Below, in pieces: positions 24,815 through 35,308 of a stretch of 39,514 bases of DNA. The stretch comes from Chiloscyllium plagiosum (Eukaryota). Where the stretch lies: the NCBI RefSeq assembly GCF_004010195.1, contig NC_057718.1, forward strand, positions 50,683,894-50,723,407, written 5' to 3'. The notes beneath the pieces are model-generated. The model was not told the DNA's origin and did not search any database. It saw only the letters and a program-made list of their open reading frames with translations. The number at the start of each line of letters is the position of its first letter. Position 1 is the first letter of the stretch. The translations under genes were made by a program, and so were the position numbers.

Positions 24815-25406
24815 AAATTACAAGAATGCAGATTGATTTTATCCAGGAGCAAAGTGGGGCTTCTGTGTTGTCAGATCTACAGCGGACATGATCTTCTCCA
24901 TACGCCAGTTCCATGAGAAGTGTTCCAAAGAAGAGTTATACCAGACTTGATTTTCAAACTTTATTTTTCTTTCCCCAGGAATGTTGCTAGACATGCTGAA
25001 CCTCTCAAGCACTTTCTGTTTTTATTTATTATCTCAGAGGTGCAGTGAAGACGATCAACTTCTTTACCTTAATTGGATAGATCTCAAGAAAGCATTTAAC
25101 ATCATCAGCAGGGTCAGACTCCATGAGATATTTTTTCTGTACAAATTGGCTGATCAGCAAAGCTCTGCAGCTTCTCTCACTCTGTATAACGTAACTTGAG
25201 AGCTGCATTTCTGATGTTTTCAAAATGAAGCATAGACTGAAGCAGAGCTCTTCTCGCTGCCTCTTTGTTTGGCATCTTCTTTTTAAATTTCCCTTCCCAG
25301 CAGATATGGAATGTGTATACTTGCATACTAAGTTAAATGGAAAGCTCTAACAATTATTCCAGACTGAAAATGAAGATAAATATACAGTGCATCCTGATGA
25401 TAGAAT
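24815..25406 (+). mobile_element. Ancient RTE-clade RT remnant; host of the large Penelope insertion
   Basis: GFCVVRSTADMIFSIRQFHEKC (~24858-24923), LYLNWIDLKKAFNIISR (~25062), SLFGIFF (~25262), VYLHTKLNGKL (~25315) resemble RTE RT motifs. Confidence 0.7.
24925..25030 (+). mobile_element. Possible very degenerate pLTR of a third PLE family inserted in the RTE remnant
   Basis: Interrupts RTE homology; GAAGAGTTATACCAGACTTGA...ATGTTGCTAGACATGCTGA...CAAGCACTTTCTGTTTTT loosely parallels the family A pLTR layout (GATGCTGCCTGACCTGCTG...TCCAGCA). Confidence 0.35.
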
Positions 25407-25527
25407 TAAAAATCACACAACACCAGGTTATAGTCCAACAGTTAAATTGGAAGCACACTAGCTTTTGGAGCGTCGTTCCTTCATCAGATGGTAGTGGAGG
25501 GCTCAATCCTAACACACAGAATTTATA

Positions 25528-25732
25528 AGGAGAAAGTGAGGACTGCAGATACTGGAGATCAGAGCTGAAAATGTGTTGCTGGAAAAGCGCAGCAGGTCAG
25601 GCAGCATTCAAGGAACAGGAGAATCGACGTTTTGGGCATAAGCCCTGAAGAAGGGCTTATGCCCGAAACTTCGATTCTCCTGTTCCTTGGATGCTGCCTG
25701 ACCTGCTGCGCTTTTTCAGCAACACATTTTCA
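25528..25732 (-). mobile_element. Short fold-back Penelope family A pLTR element nested in the family B left arm
   Basis: TSD ACACAGAATTTATA at 25514-25527 and 25733-25746; inverted arms ~25566-25646 and ~25652-25732; tail 25528-25565; empty site visible in the right arm at ~29588-29603. Confidence 0.92.
25645..25675 (+). ncRNA. Minimal hammerhead ribozyme motif (family A)
   Basis: CTGAAGA 25645-25651, stem II GGGC/GCCC, GAAAC 25665-25669, then TTC; the native stem I 5' strand is replaced by the inverted arm. Confidence 0.5.
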
Positions 25733-26162
25733 ACACAGAATTTATAGCAAATTTTACAGTGTGATGTAACTTAAATTATACATTGAAAAATTAATTGTTT
25801 GTTAAGCCTTTCATCTGTTAGAATACCGTGATAGTTTCACTTCTTTCATGTGTAAATCACAAAACCTTTTTTTAAAAGGTTGCATTCTTGGGTTAGCTGT
25901 TAACAATGGTGATAGCTAGACAATATGTTGAAGGTGTTGGCCCCCTGTGTTCTCTGTCTATGCCATGATGTTTAGATTGATTCTAATCTAAAAAGTGAGA
26001 TAACGGAGTTTTACATGAATTCATGCAGTTTTTGAGCTCAGAGTTTCTGTCTGGGTGAGGGTGGTGAGTGTGAGAAAGTGTATGTGTGTGTGTGTAGTGA
26101 GTGCAGAGTATCTTAAGTCTGTGAGGGGGTGCATGTATGAGTGTGGGAGTATGTGTGTCTGT

Positions 26163-27956
26163 AGTTGTCTGTGGGTTTGCGGTAGAGTGTGGTGCTGAGG
26201 TGTCCATCCTTGATGGAGACGCATGTGTCCAGGAATGAGACAGATTGTCGAGGGTAGTCCATGGTGAGTTTGATGGTGGGATGAAACTTGTTGATGTCGC
26301 TGTGTAGTTGTTGAAACTTGTTGATCAGTCCTCGCCATGGGTCCAGAGGAAGAAAATGTCGTCAATGTACCTGGTGTACAATATTGGTTGGAGATCCTGC
26401 ATAGAGTAGAAGTCTTGTTCAAACCTGTGCATAAAAATGTTGGCATATTGGGATGCAAATTTGGCCCCAATGCCTGTTCCATGTGTATTGGTGAAGAACT
26501 GGTTGTCAAAGGTGAAGACGTTGTAATCAAGGATAAAGCTGATGAGTTGTAGGATGGTGTTTGGAGATTGGCAGTTGTTGGTGTTGAGTACTGAGGCTGT
26601 TGCCGTGATGCCATCATTGTGCGGGATGCTGGTGTAGAGTGCGGAAACGTCCATTGTGATGAGGAATGTTCCCGGTTCGACTGGTCCGTGGGTGCTTAGT
26701 TTCTGTAAGAAATCCGTAGTGTCGCGACAGAAGCTGGAGATCCCCTGTAAAATAGGTTTCAAGATGCCTTCCACATAGCAGGAGAGATTCTCACATAGGG
26801 TCCCATTGCCTGACACAATGGGGTGTCCTGGTGTGTTGGCTTTGTGTACCTTGGAAGGCAGTAGAAGTCGCCTACATGAGAATTATGTGGGATGAGAGCA
26901 GGTAGGGAACTCTGAAGGACTGGATCCAAAGTTCTGATCAGTGTATTTAATTCACGGGTGTGTTCTTTGGTCAGATCAGCTAGTAGTTACCTGTAGTATT
27001 CCTGGTTGTTCAGTTGTCGGTACACTTCCTTGCAGTAATTTGTTCTATTCTGAATGACAATGGCTCCTCCTTTATCTGCTTGTTTTCTTGACAATGTTGT
27101 GATTGGTTTTGAGAGCCTGGATGGCATTGCATTGTGAACGGGTGATGTTTTGCTCTACCTTGTGGGTATGGCTGATGAATCTGGCATTTATATATTTCCT
27201 GGTGGTATGAGGATACATGTCAAGCCCAGGGCAGTGGCCCTCCGGTGGGGTCCAAGTTGACACCTTCTTTGGTCGCTCCTCTACAGATCCCTGTGATGAC
27301 TATTCCAATTCATTAGTGGGCTCATTGGGATCACTGCAGGCACCTTGAAAGAATTCCTGGAGTCTTATTCATCTGATGAACTCCTCCGTGTCTGCTGCAA
27401 GAACCAACGAGTCCATTTTAGTGGTAGGGCAGAAGTTGAGACCCCTACTCAAGACTTCAATCTCTTCCAGTCGAAGGGTGTGGTCCGATAAGTTGATAAT
27501 AGACTTCCCCGCAGTGATAGTGTTGTCTACTGTGGTTCCAGGGTGGGCTTTGCTATTACTGGTGAGAATGCCAAATTTCTCCAGTTTTTTGTTCTTGGCG
27601 TGCATGTACATGTGTAGTTTTGTCGCCTTGTCTGTTTAGCAATGTCACATAATTGTACTTATGTATCCTGGGTGCAGGCTGAGAGTGTGGACTCCATCTG
27701 AATTTCAAGGTTGTGGCGCCTGCTGTAGAGTTGGTGCACGAGATGATTGAGAAGTTTACGAGAGGTGCGGTGGCAAAGTCTCTCTGCGTAGTCTGTGTTG
27801 TAGGTCGACCTAAGTGGGTTCATAATCCATAATCCTTTTGGGATTTTTCCTGCTTGCCTGCATTCCTGTAGAAACTTGATGTCTGTGTCGATATGTGTGA
27901 TCTTCTTAGAGATCCTCTCCACTTTGCCGGCAGTTAGTGGTGTTGATAGTAGTCAT
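26163..27956 (-). pseudogene. PLE family B ORF: N-terminus and reverse transcriptase (endonuclease deleted), disrupted
   Basis: ATG at 27956 right after the pLTR tail; IINLSDHTLRLEEIEVLSRGLNFCPT; ADKGGAIVI (~27080); TMDVSALYTSIPH...GTGIGAKFASQYANIFM...YTRYIDDIFFLW; homology stops after RKPTDN and jumps to the 3' UTR. Confidence 0.9.
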
Positions 27957-28024
27957 GATTTGGAGATGCCAGTGTTGGACTGGGGTGTACAAAGCTAAAA
28001 AACACACAACACCAGGTTATAGTC

Positions 28025-29050
28025 ACTGATAAAACTACACAGTGACATCAACAATTTTCATCCCACCATCAAACTCACCATGGACTACTCTCGACTGTCT
28101 GTCTCATTCTTGGACACATGCATCTCCATCAAGGATGGACACCTCAGCACCACACTCCACCGCAAACCCACAGACAACCTCACAATGCTACACTTCTCCA
28201 GCTTCAACCCAAAACATATTAAAACAGCCATTCCCTATGGCCAAGCCCTAATCATACACCACATCTGCTCAGATGAGAAGGAGCGTGACTGACACCTGTA
28301 AGTACTCAGGGATGCCCTCACAAGAACGGAGTACAATGCCCAACTCATCGACTGCCAGTTCCAACGAGCCACAGCAAGGAACCGTAATGACCTTCTCAGG
28401 AGACAGACATGTGCTGCAACCGACAGGGTACCCTTCGTTGTTCAGTATCTCCCAGGAGCTGAAAAATTACACCATGTTCTTCATGACCTGCAACACATTA
28501 TCAATGAGGATGAGCACCTCACCACGACCTTCCCCACACCTCCACTACTTGCCTTTAAATAATCGCCAAACCTCAAACAGATCATTGTTCATAGCAAGCT
28601 GCCTGGCTCTCAGGACAACTCCATACAACCCTGTCACGGTAGGCGCTGCAAGACGTGTCAAAGTGTGGACATAGATACCACCATTACGTGTAGGGACACC
28701 TCCCACCTTGTACATGGCAGGTACTCATTGACTCAGCCAACGTTGTCTATCTTATACGTTGCAGGCAAGGATGCCCGGAGGCATGGTACATTGGGGAAAC
28801 CGAGCAAAGGCTACGACAATGAATGAATGGGCACCGCACAACAATCAACAGACAGGAGGGTTCCCTCCCAGTTGGGGAACACTTCAGTGGTCCAGGACAT
28901 TCAGCCTCGGACCTTCGGGTGACCATCCTCCAAAGTGGACTTCGGGACAGGCTGCAGAGAAATGTGGCTGAGCAGAGGCTGATAGCTAAGTTCAGTACCC
29001 ATAGGGAGGGCCTCAACCGGGACCTTGGGTTCATGTCACATTACAGCTGA
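28025..29050 (+). pseudogene. PLE family B ORF C-terminus: RT thumb and GIY-YIG endonuclease, disrupted
   Basis: VSFLDTCISIKDGHLSTTLHRKPTDN...AIPYGQAL; CKTC linker (~28647); NVVYLIRCRQGCPEAWYIGETEQRLRQ; MNGHRTTI...VGEHF...AEQRLIAKFSTHREGLNRD; stop at 29050. Confidence 0.9.
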
Positions 29051-29064
29051 CCACCATTGCACTA

Positions 29065-29305
29065 TACACACACACGGATACTCCTTCATACACACACACA
29101 CATTCTCACACACACACAGGCATTCCTATACATACATACACACGGACACACATATACACAGATGTGCACACAGTCACCCACACACACCCTTACAGACACA
29201 CCTACTCCCACACTCACACATGTACCCCCTCACAGACTTAAGATGCTCTGCACTCACTACACACACACATAATTTCTCACACTCACCACCCTCAACCCAG
29301 ACACA
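29065..29305 (+). repeat. Imperfect (CA)n-rich tract in the PLE family B 3' UTR (mirrored as GT-rich at ~26050-26160)
   Basis: Direct reading of the sequence. Confidence 0.9.
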
Positions 29306-29622
29306 TGCATGAATTCATGTAAAACTCCGTTATCTCACTTTTTAGATTAGAATCAATCTAAACATCATGGCATAGACAGAGAACACAGGGGGCCAACACC
29401 TTCAACATATTGTCTAGCTATCACCATTGTTAACAGCTAACCCAAGAATGCAATCTTTTAAAAAAAGGTTTTGTGATTTACACATGAAAGAAGTGAACCT
29501 ATCACGGTATTCTAACAGATGAAAGGCTTAACAGACAAATAATTTTTCAATGTATAATTTCAGTTACATCACACTGTAAATTTTTGCTATAAATTCTGTG
29601 TGTTAGGATTGAGCCTCCACTA

Positions 29623-29659
29623 ACACCTGATGAAGGAACGTCGCTCCGAAAGCTAGTGT
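29623..29659 (+). ncRNA. Minimal type-I hammerhead ribozyme motif (PLE family B)
   Basis: Stem I ACAC (29623-29626)/GTGT (29656-29659); CTGATGA 29627-29633; stem II GGAAC-GTC-GCTCC (one mismatch); GAAA 29648-29651; palindromic AGCT in place of stem III; CUA triplet ending at 29655. Confidence 0.75.
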
Positions 29660-32120
29660 GCTCCAATTAAACCTGTTGGACTATAACCTGGTGTTGTGTG
29701 ATTTTTAACTTTGTACACCCCAGTCCAACACCGGCATCTCCAAATCATCCTGATGATAGAATATCTCCACTTGTTGGGCGAGTCATTCAAATGGAAGTTC
29801 AACTACAAAGATTCATGGATTGTTTGTCCCATGCCTGTAACTTGCCTACATAATCGAAGTGTTTCCCATTCTACTGACACATCATCTCTAGTGCCCTGAC
29901 TGATGTATTAGAAGGTTTTACCGTGAGAGACAGGAAGTCAGTCAGGCCATCTAGTGAAGAATTCAGTGTAACACAAGTCGTACTGTTGTAGGGAATGCAC
30001 CTATGAGTCGCCCCACAGCATTCTGGTGGTGTTTTTATTCTATTTCCATCAAATAAGAGGCCTCAAAATGTCTCTCAGAGTTCCAAATTATTTATATCAG
30101 TAAAGACAATTTTATTTGTTCCAAAATTGATATCCATCTCATCTTTGATGGGAATATTAGAACATTGTATTTTATTTTTGCTTTATTAAAACTGGCTCCA
30201 GGAACTCTGTTGTTCCTCAGTATATCTAATCTGATAAATTTCTATTAGAATCAAGCTATATTCATTTCTTCAAGTTTAAGATCTGAATTTTTTCTATCTA
30301 TGCCCTCTAATTTACAGATATATTGCTGTTCAATGGCTCAACATAATATTCTCTTATTTTGCTTCCATTATGTATTGATTTGGTAAGTCTGAATTTAAAG
30401 CATTCATTAAAACAAAAATCCATTACAACGTAATTTTTGCCGTAACATGACAAATGTGTTGACATTTATCAATACAGACCATTTAATATACATGTAATCT
30501 GTAATGCAACATTGAAGAGGTGTGAAGCTCTAACCTTGGCACTTAACCCTTCCAAGTACACAGCAAACTTTAAAATTACATATCTATATTCATAATGTCA
30601 TATATTATTTAGCTTTTGTAGCACAGGAGCTGCAATTGTATATCTGAAGTGATAAATACATTATCTAGATGTCACTGCTATCCAAGAGTTTCTAATATTT
30701 CCCTTTTTGAGTTAATTTATATCATTTTTTTAAATTTCAAACAAATGTGCCCGTAAGAATAAACAAAGAGGAAATGACAGTTCAGATATTCTTATTATAG
30801 TCATATAAGCTGGCAGAGATGTTACATATTTCCATGGTAACTATCGTCTGATACTTTGCAACAGTATTTTTTCCTCTTGGTTGCTATTAAAAGTTCAATA
30901 TAAATAAAAATAAACATGAAACAAGTAAGTTCCAGTTTATAATGGCTAACTTCACCTCTATTCAACCTAACCCTAATTCTGCCAGTTCTCATTCATGCTG
31001 ACGAGCCTTTCTCTATTTCCTTCAGTTCAACCTAGTTTTCCTCTTCCCTTGTTCAAAGTAACACCCTTTCCTCTTCTGTCGTGCAATCAATAATCCTCCC
31101 TTCACAGTGGAAATTTGAACTTCTCCTAGCCCTCATTCAAGTTGACACTCTCACACTCCCACTGTGTTATTATCAACACACACTCCCACCATCACAGTGT
31201 TGACACTTGCTTTCCTTTCCTTCAACAAAACACTGCTGCCAACTTCTTTCACCTTCATTGCCTCAAGTAAGCCTTCAATTTTTCCTTAATTGTTATTCAC
31301 TTGTTTTCCCAATCTTCGTTTCTTTTTTTCTCTTCCCTTTCTCCCTTCAATATTATTTCCCTCTACTTCGGTTTCATTAATTTTTATTTCCTGTCTATAC
31401 CTCTCCCCTCAGCACTCCTAACTAATCCTTCTTGACTTCTTGCTTCCCTATGCTTTAAATGTAACTACAACTCAATGGCTATCCTTCATTGGTTATTAGA
31501 CATTTTGGAATGTCTACAAGTCATATTTTATCATTAAAAGTAATTTCTTCCATTTATTAATGGTGATTTTCTCCACTGAATTCTGTCAGAAAGAATTTCT
31601 GATCACATTATGAACCACTATGATTAATAGCAAAATTTAATTATGTGGTTGCTGAGTTGGAAGGAGTGAGAGATATGGTCCATGTAGGTTCATATTAGCA
31701 AATAATTGCACTCAAACTCAAACTAAATTATTATTGGTAGTGGTATTATGCAGGTCCCATATACCTTCTTTATCACCCTGTCAATCAATCAAAATTAGGA
31801 TTATTAGTATTCTGATTTACTATCTGACTTGTAACTTTTGTTTCACAAATCCAGAATGCTTAAAGCTTTCAGTTTTGAAGTGACACATGCCTGGGTTCTA
31901 TTATGTTATAGAGTATTTGTTCCTATCAAGAAAGATGGCAGCCAGAACTCATGTCACATCGTCCCTGTGCCATCACACAGTTGTGAAATGATCTCTATTG
32001 TCAGTATGCATCCATTGAAGTGTGAACAAGGATGAGGCTGCCATTACTCCCAGGGTTTGTTGAAAGCTAGAAGATAACATTTGTTGTAGTCCTCTCTAGA
32101 ATTTTCATTGACAGCCATTT

Positions 32121-33535
32121 AAGACCAGAAGACCATAAGACATAGGAGCAGAAATTAGACCATTCAGCCCATCGAGACCATTTAATCAAAAGGTCTGACA
32201 AGTTTCTCAACCCCATTCTCTCAACTTCTTCCTGTAGCCCTTGATCTTCTTGACAATCAAGAACCTATCTACCTCAGTCTTCAATCCACTCAATGACCTG
32301 GCCTCCACAGCCTTCTATGGTAGTAAGTTCCATAGATTCACCACTGTCTGGCTGAAGAGGCTTCTCAATATCTCCATTCTAAAAGGTCTTCCCTTTACTC
32401 TAAGGCTGTTGTCTCGGGTCTTACTCTCTCCTACCAATGGAAAAATCTTCCCAACATCCACTCTGTCCAGACCATTCATAATTCTGTATGTTTCAATTAG
32501 ATCCCCCATCATCCTTCTAAACTCCATTGAGGACCTACAGTCCTCAAATGTTAAGTTTTTCATTTCTGGGATCATTCACGTGAACCTCCTTTGAACATCC
32601 TCCAAGGCCAGTATATCCTTCCTGAGATATGGGGCCCAAGACAGCACACAAAACTCCAAATGTGGCCTGAGCAGAGCCTTATAGAGCCTCAGACGTACAC
32701 TCTTACTTTTATATTCGGGTCCTCGCAAAATAAGTGCCATCGTTGCATTTGCCTTCTTAATTACTCACTCAACCTGCAAGTTTACCTTGAGAGAATCCTG
32801 GATTAGAACTCTCAAGACTCTTTGCACTTCAGAATTCTGAATTTTCTCCCCCTTTAGAATATAGTCCATGCCTCTATTCTTCCTACAAACGTGCATGGCT
32901 TCACAGTTTCCCATGTTGTACTCCATCTGCCACTTTTTTGCCCACTCTCCTAACCTGTCCAAATCCTTCTGCAGTCTCCCCACCTCCTCAATGCTACTGT
33001 CTCTCTACCTCTCTTTATATGATCTGCACACTCAGCCAGAATGCCTCAGTTCCTTCAACAAATCATTAATGTATAAAGTGAAAAGTTGCAATCCCAACGC
33101 TGAGCTTTGCAGAACAACACTTGTCACCGATTACCTTCCTGAGAAGGACCCTTTTATCCCCACTCTCTGCTTCCTGCCAGACAGCCAATCTTCTATCCAT
33201 GCTCACACCTCGCCTCTAATATCATAAGCCCTTATGTTACTCAGTAGCCTCCTGTACGGCACCTTGTCAAAGGCCTTCTTAAAGTCCAGGTAGATAACAT
33301 CCATTGGCTTCTCCTCGGTCTAACCTGCTCGTTACTTACTCAAATAATTTTGGCAGATTTGTTGTGCATGACCTACCTTTGATGAAACCATGGTGACTAG
33401 GCCCTATTTTACCATATATTTCCAAGTATTCAGAAATCTCATCCTTCAGAATGGATTCCAGGATCTTACCCACAGCTGAGGTAAGGCTAATTGGTCTGTA
33501 ATTTTCCATCCTTTGCCTTAGTCCCTTGTTAAACT
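32121..33535 (-). mobile_element. CR1 LINE, 5'-truncated and decayed (RT to 3' tail)
   Basis: RLQKDLDRLGEWAKKWQMEYN (32765..32983), RRMMGDLIETYRIMNGLDRVDVGKIFPL (32315..32575); tail AAGACCAGAAGACCATAAGAC at 32121. Confidence 0.9.
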
Positions 33536-33574
33536 TGGGGAGAGGAGACGAGCAGACAGCAGCATGGGAAGGTA

Positions 33575-35308
33575 AGAGTCATAGAGTCATAGAGATGTAC
33601 AGCATGGAAACAGACCCTTCAGTCCAACCCGTCCATGCCGAGCAGATATCCCAACCCAATCTAGACCCACCTGCCAGTACCCAGCCCATATCCCTCTAAA
33701 CCCTTCCTATTCATATACCCATCCAAATGTCTCTTAAGTATTGCAATTGGACCAGCCTCCACCACTTCCTCTGGCAGCTCATTCCATACACGTACCACCC
33801 TCTGTGTGAAAATGTGACCCTTAGGTCTCTTTTATATCTTTCCTCTCTCACCCTAAACCTATGCCCTCTAGTTCTGCATTCCCAACCCCAGGGAAAAGAC
33901 TTTGTCTATTTGCCCTATCCATACCACTCATAATTTTGTAAACCTCCATAAGGTCACCCCTCAGCCTCCGACGCTCCAGAGAAAACAGCCCCAGCTTGTT
34001 CAGCCTCTCCCTATAGCTCAAATCCTCCAACCCTGGCAACATCCTTGTAAATCTTTTCTGAACCCTTTCAAGTTTCACAACATCTTTCCGGTAGGAAGGA
34101 GACCAGAATTGCACGCAATATTCCAACAGTGGCCTAACCAATGTCCTGTACAGCTGCAACATGACTTCCCGACTTCTGTACTCAATATCCTGACCAATAA
34201 AGGCAAGCATACCAAACGCCTTCTTCGCTATCCTATCTACCTGCGACTTCACTTTCAAGGAGCTAAGAACCTGCACTCCAAGGTATCTTTGTTCAGCAAC
34301 ACTCCCTACAACCTTACCATTAAGTGTGTAAGTACTGCTAAGATTTGCTTTCCCCAAATGCAGCACCTCACATTTATCTGAAATAACTCCATCTGCCACT
34401 TCTCAGCCCTTTGGCCCATCTGGTCAAGATCCTGTTGTAATCTGAGGTAATCCTCTTCGCTGTCCACTACACCTCCAATTTTGGTGTCATCTGCAAACTT
34501 ACTAACTGTACCTCTTATGCTCGCATGCAAATCATTTATGTAAATGACAAAACGTAGAGGGCCCAGCGACAAAACGTAGAGGGCCGNNNNNNNNNNNNNN
34601 NNNNNNNNNNNNNNNNNNNNNNNNNNNNNNNNNNNNNNNNNNNNNNNNNNNNNNNNNNNNNNNNNNNNNNNNNNNNNNNNNNNNNNNNNNNNNNNNNNNN
34701 NNNNNNNNNNNNNNNNNNNNNNNNNNNNNNNNNNNNNNNNNNNNNNNNNNNNNNNNNNNNNNNNNNNNNNNNNNNNNNNNNNNNNNNNNNNNNNNNNNNN
34801 NNNNNNNNNNNNNNNNNNNNNNNNNNNNNNNNNNNNNNNNNNNNNNNNNNNNNNNNNNNNNNNNNNNNNNNNNNNNNNNNNNNNNNNNNNNNNNNNNNNN
34901 NNNNNNNNNNNNNNNNNNNNNNNNNNNNNNNNNNNNNNNNNNNNNNNNNNNNNNNNNNNNNNNNNNNNNNNNNNNNNNNNNNNNNNNNNNNNNNNNNNNN
35001 NNNNNNNNNNNNNNNNNNNNNNNNNNNNNNNNNNNNNNNNNNNNNNNNNNNNNNNNNNNNNNNNNNNNNNNNNNNNNNNNNNNNNNNNNNNNNNNNNNNN
35101 NNNNNNNNNNNNNNNNNNNNNNNNNNNNNNNNNNNNNNNNNNNNNNNNNNNNNNNNNNNNNNNNNNNNNNNNNNNNNNNNNNTCCCTGGCTTGTCCTTAC
35201 CACCCTTCTTAAACAGTGGCACCACGTTTGCCAACCTCCAGTCTTCTGGCACCTCACCTGTGACTATCAATGATACAAATATCTCAGCAAGAGGCCCAGC
35301 AATCACTT
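33575..35308 (-). mobile_element. CR1 LINE, 5'-truncated, spanning an assembly gap
   Basis: IAGPLAEIF...VPEDWRLANVVPLFKKG (35306 downward), GPLRFVIYINDL...SKFADDTKIGG, ORF 33848..34399; tail (AGAGTCAT)n at ~33575-33594; continuity across the gap is assumed. Confidence 0.9.
34587..35182. other. Assembly gap (N run)
   Basis: Run of N. Confidence 1.

Larger units (their letters stand above)
25407..29745. mobile_element. Penelope-like element family B: head-to-head composite with long terminal inverted arms and a 17-bp TSD
   Basis: TSD CATCCTGATGATAGAAT at 25390-25406 and 29746-29762; left arm 25407-~26160 (excluding the nested insert) is the reverse complement of ~29190-29708; ~37-nt unpaired tail to 29745. 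Confidence 0.93.

Noticed and set aside
25390..25406. CTGATGA inside the 17-bp TSD (also at 29746-29762) looks like a hammerhead core
   Set aside because: No stem II or GAAA follows; it belongs to the host RTE remnant and is most likely coincidence
29025..29312. His/Thr-rich ORFs
   Set aside because: Translation of the CA-rich microsatellite in the PLE 3' UTR
34546..34585. Duplicated GACAAAACGTAGAGGGCC
   Set aside because: Abuts the gap edge; probably an assembly artefact
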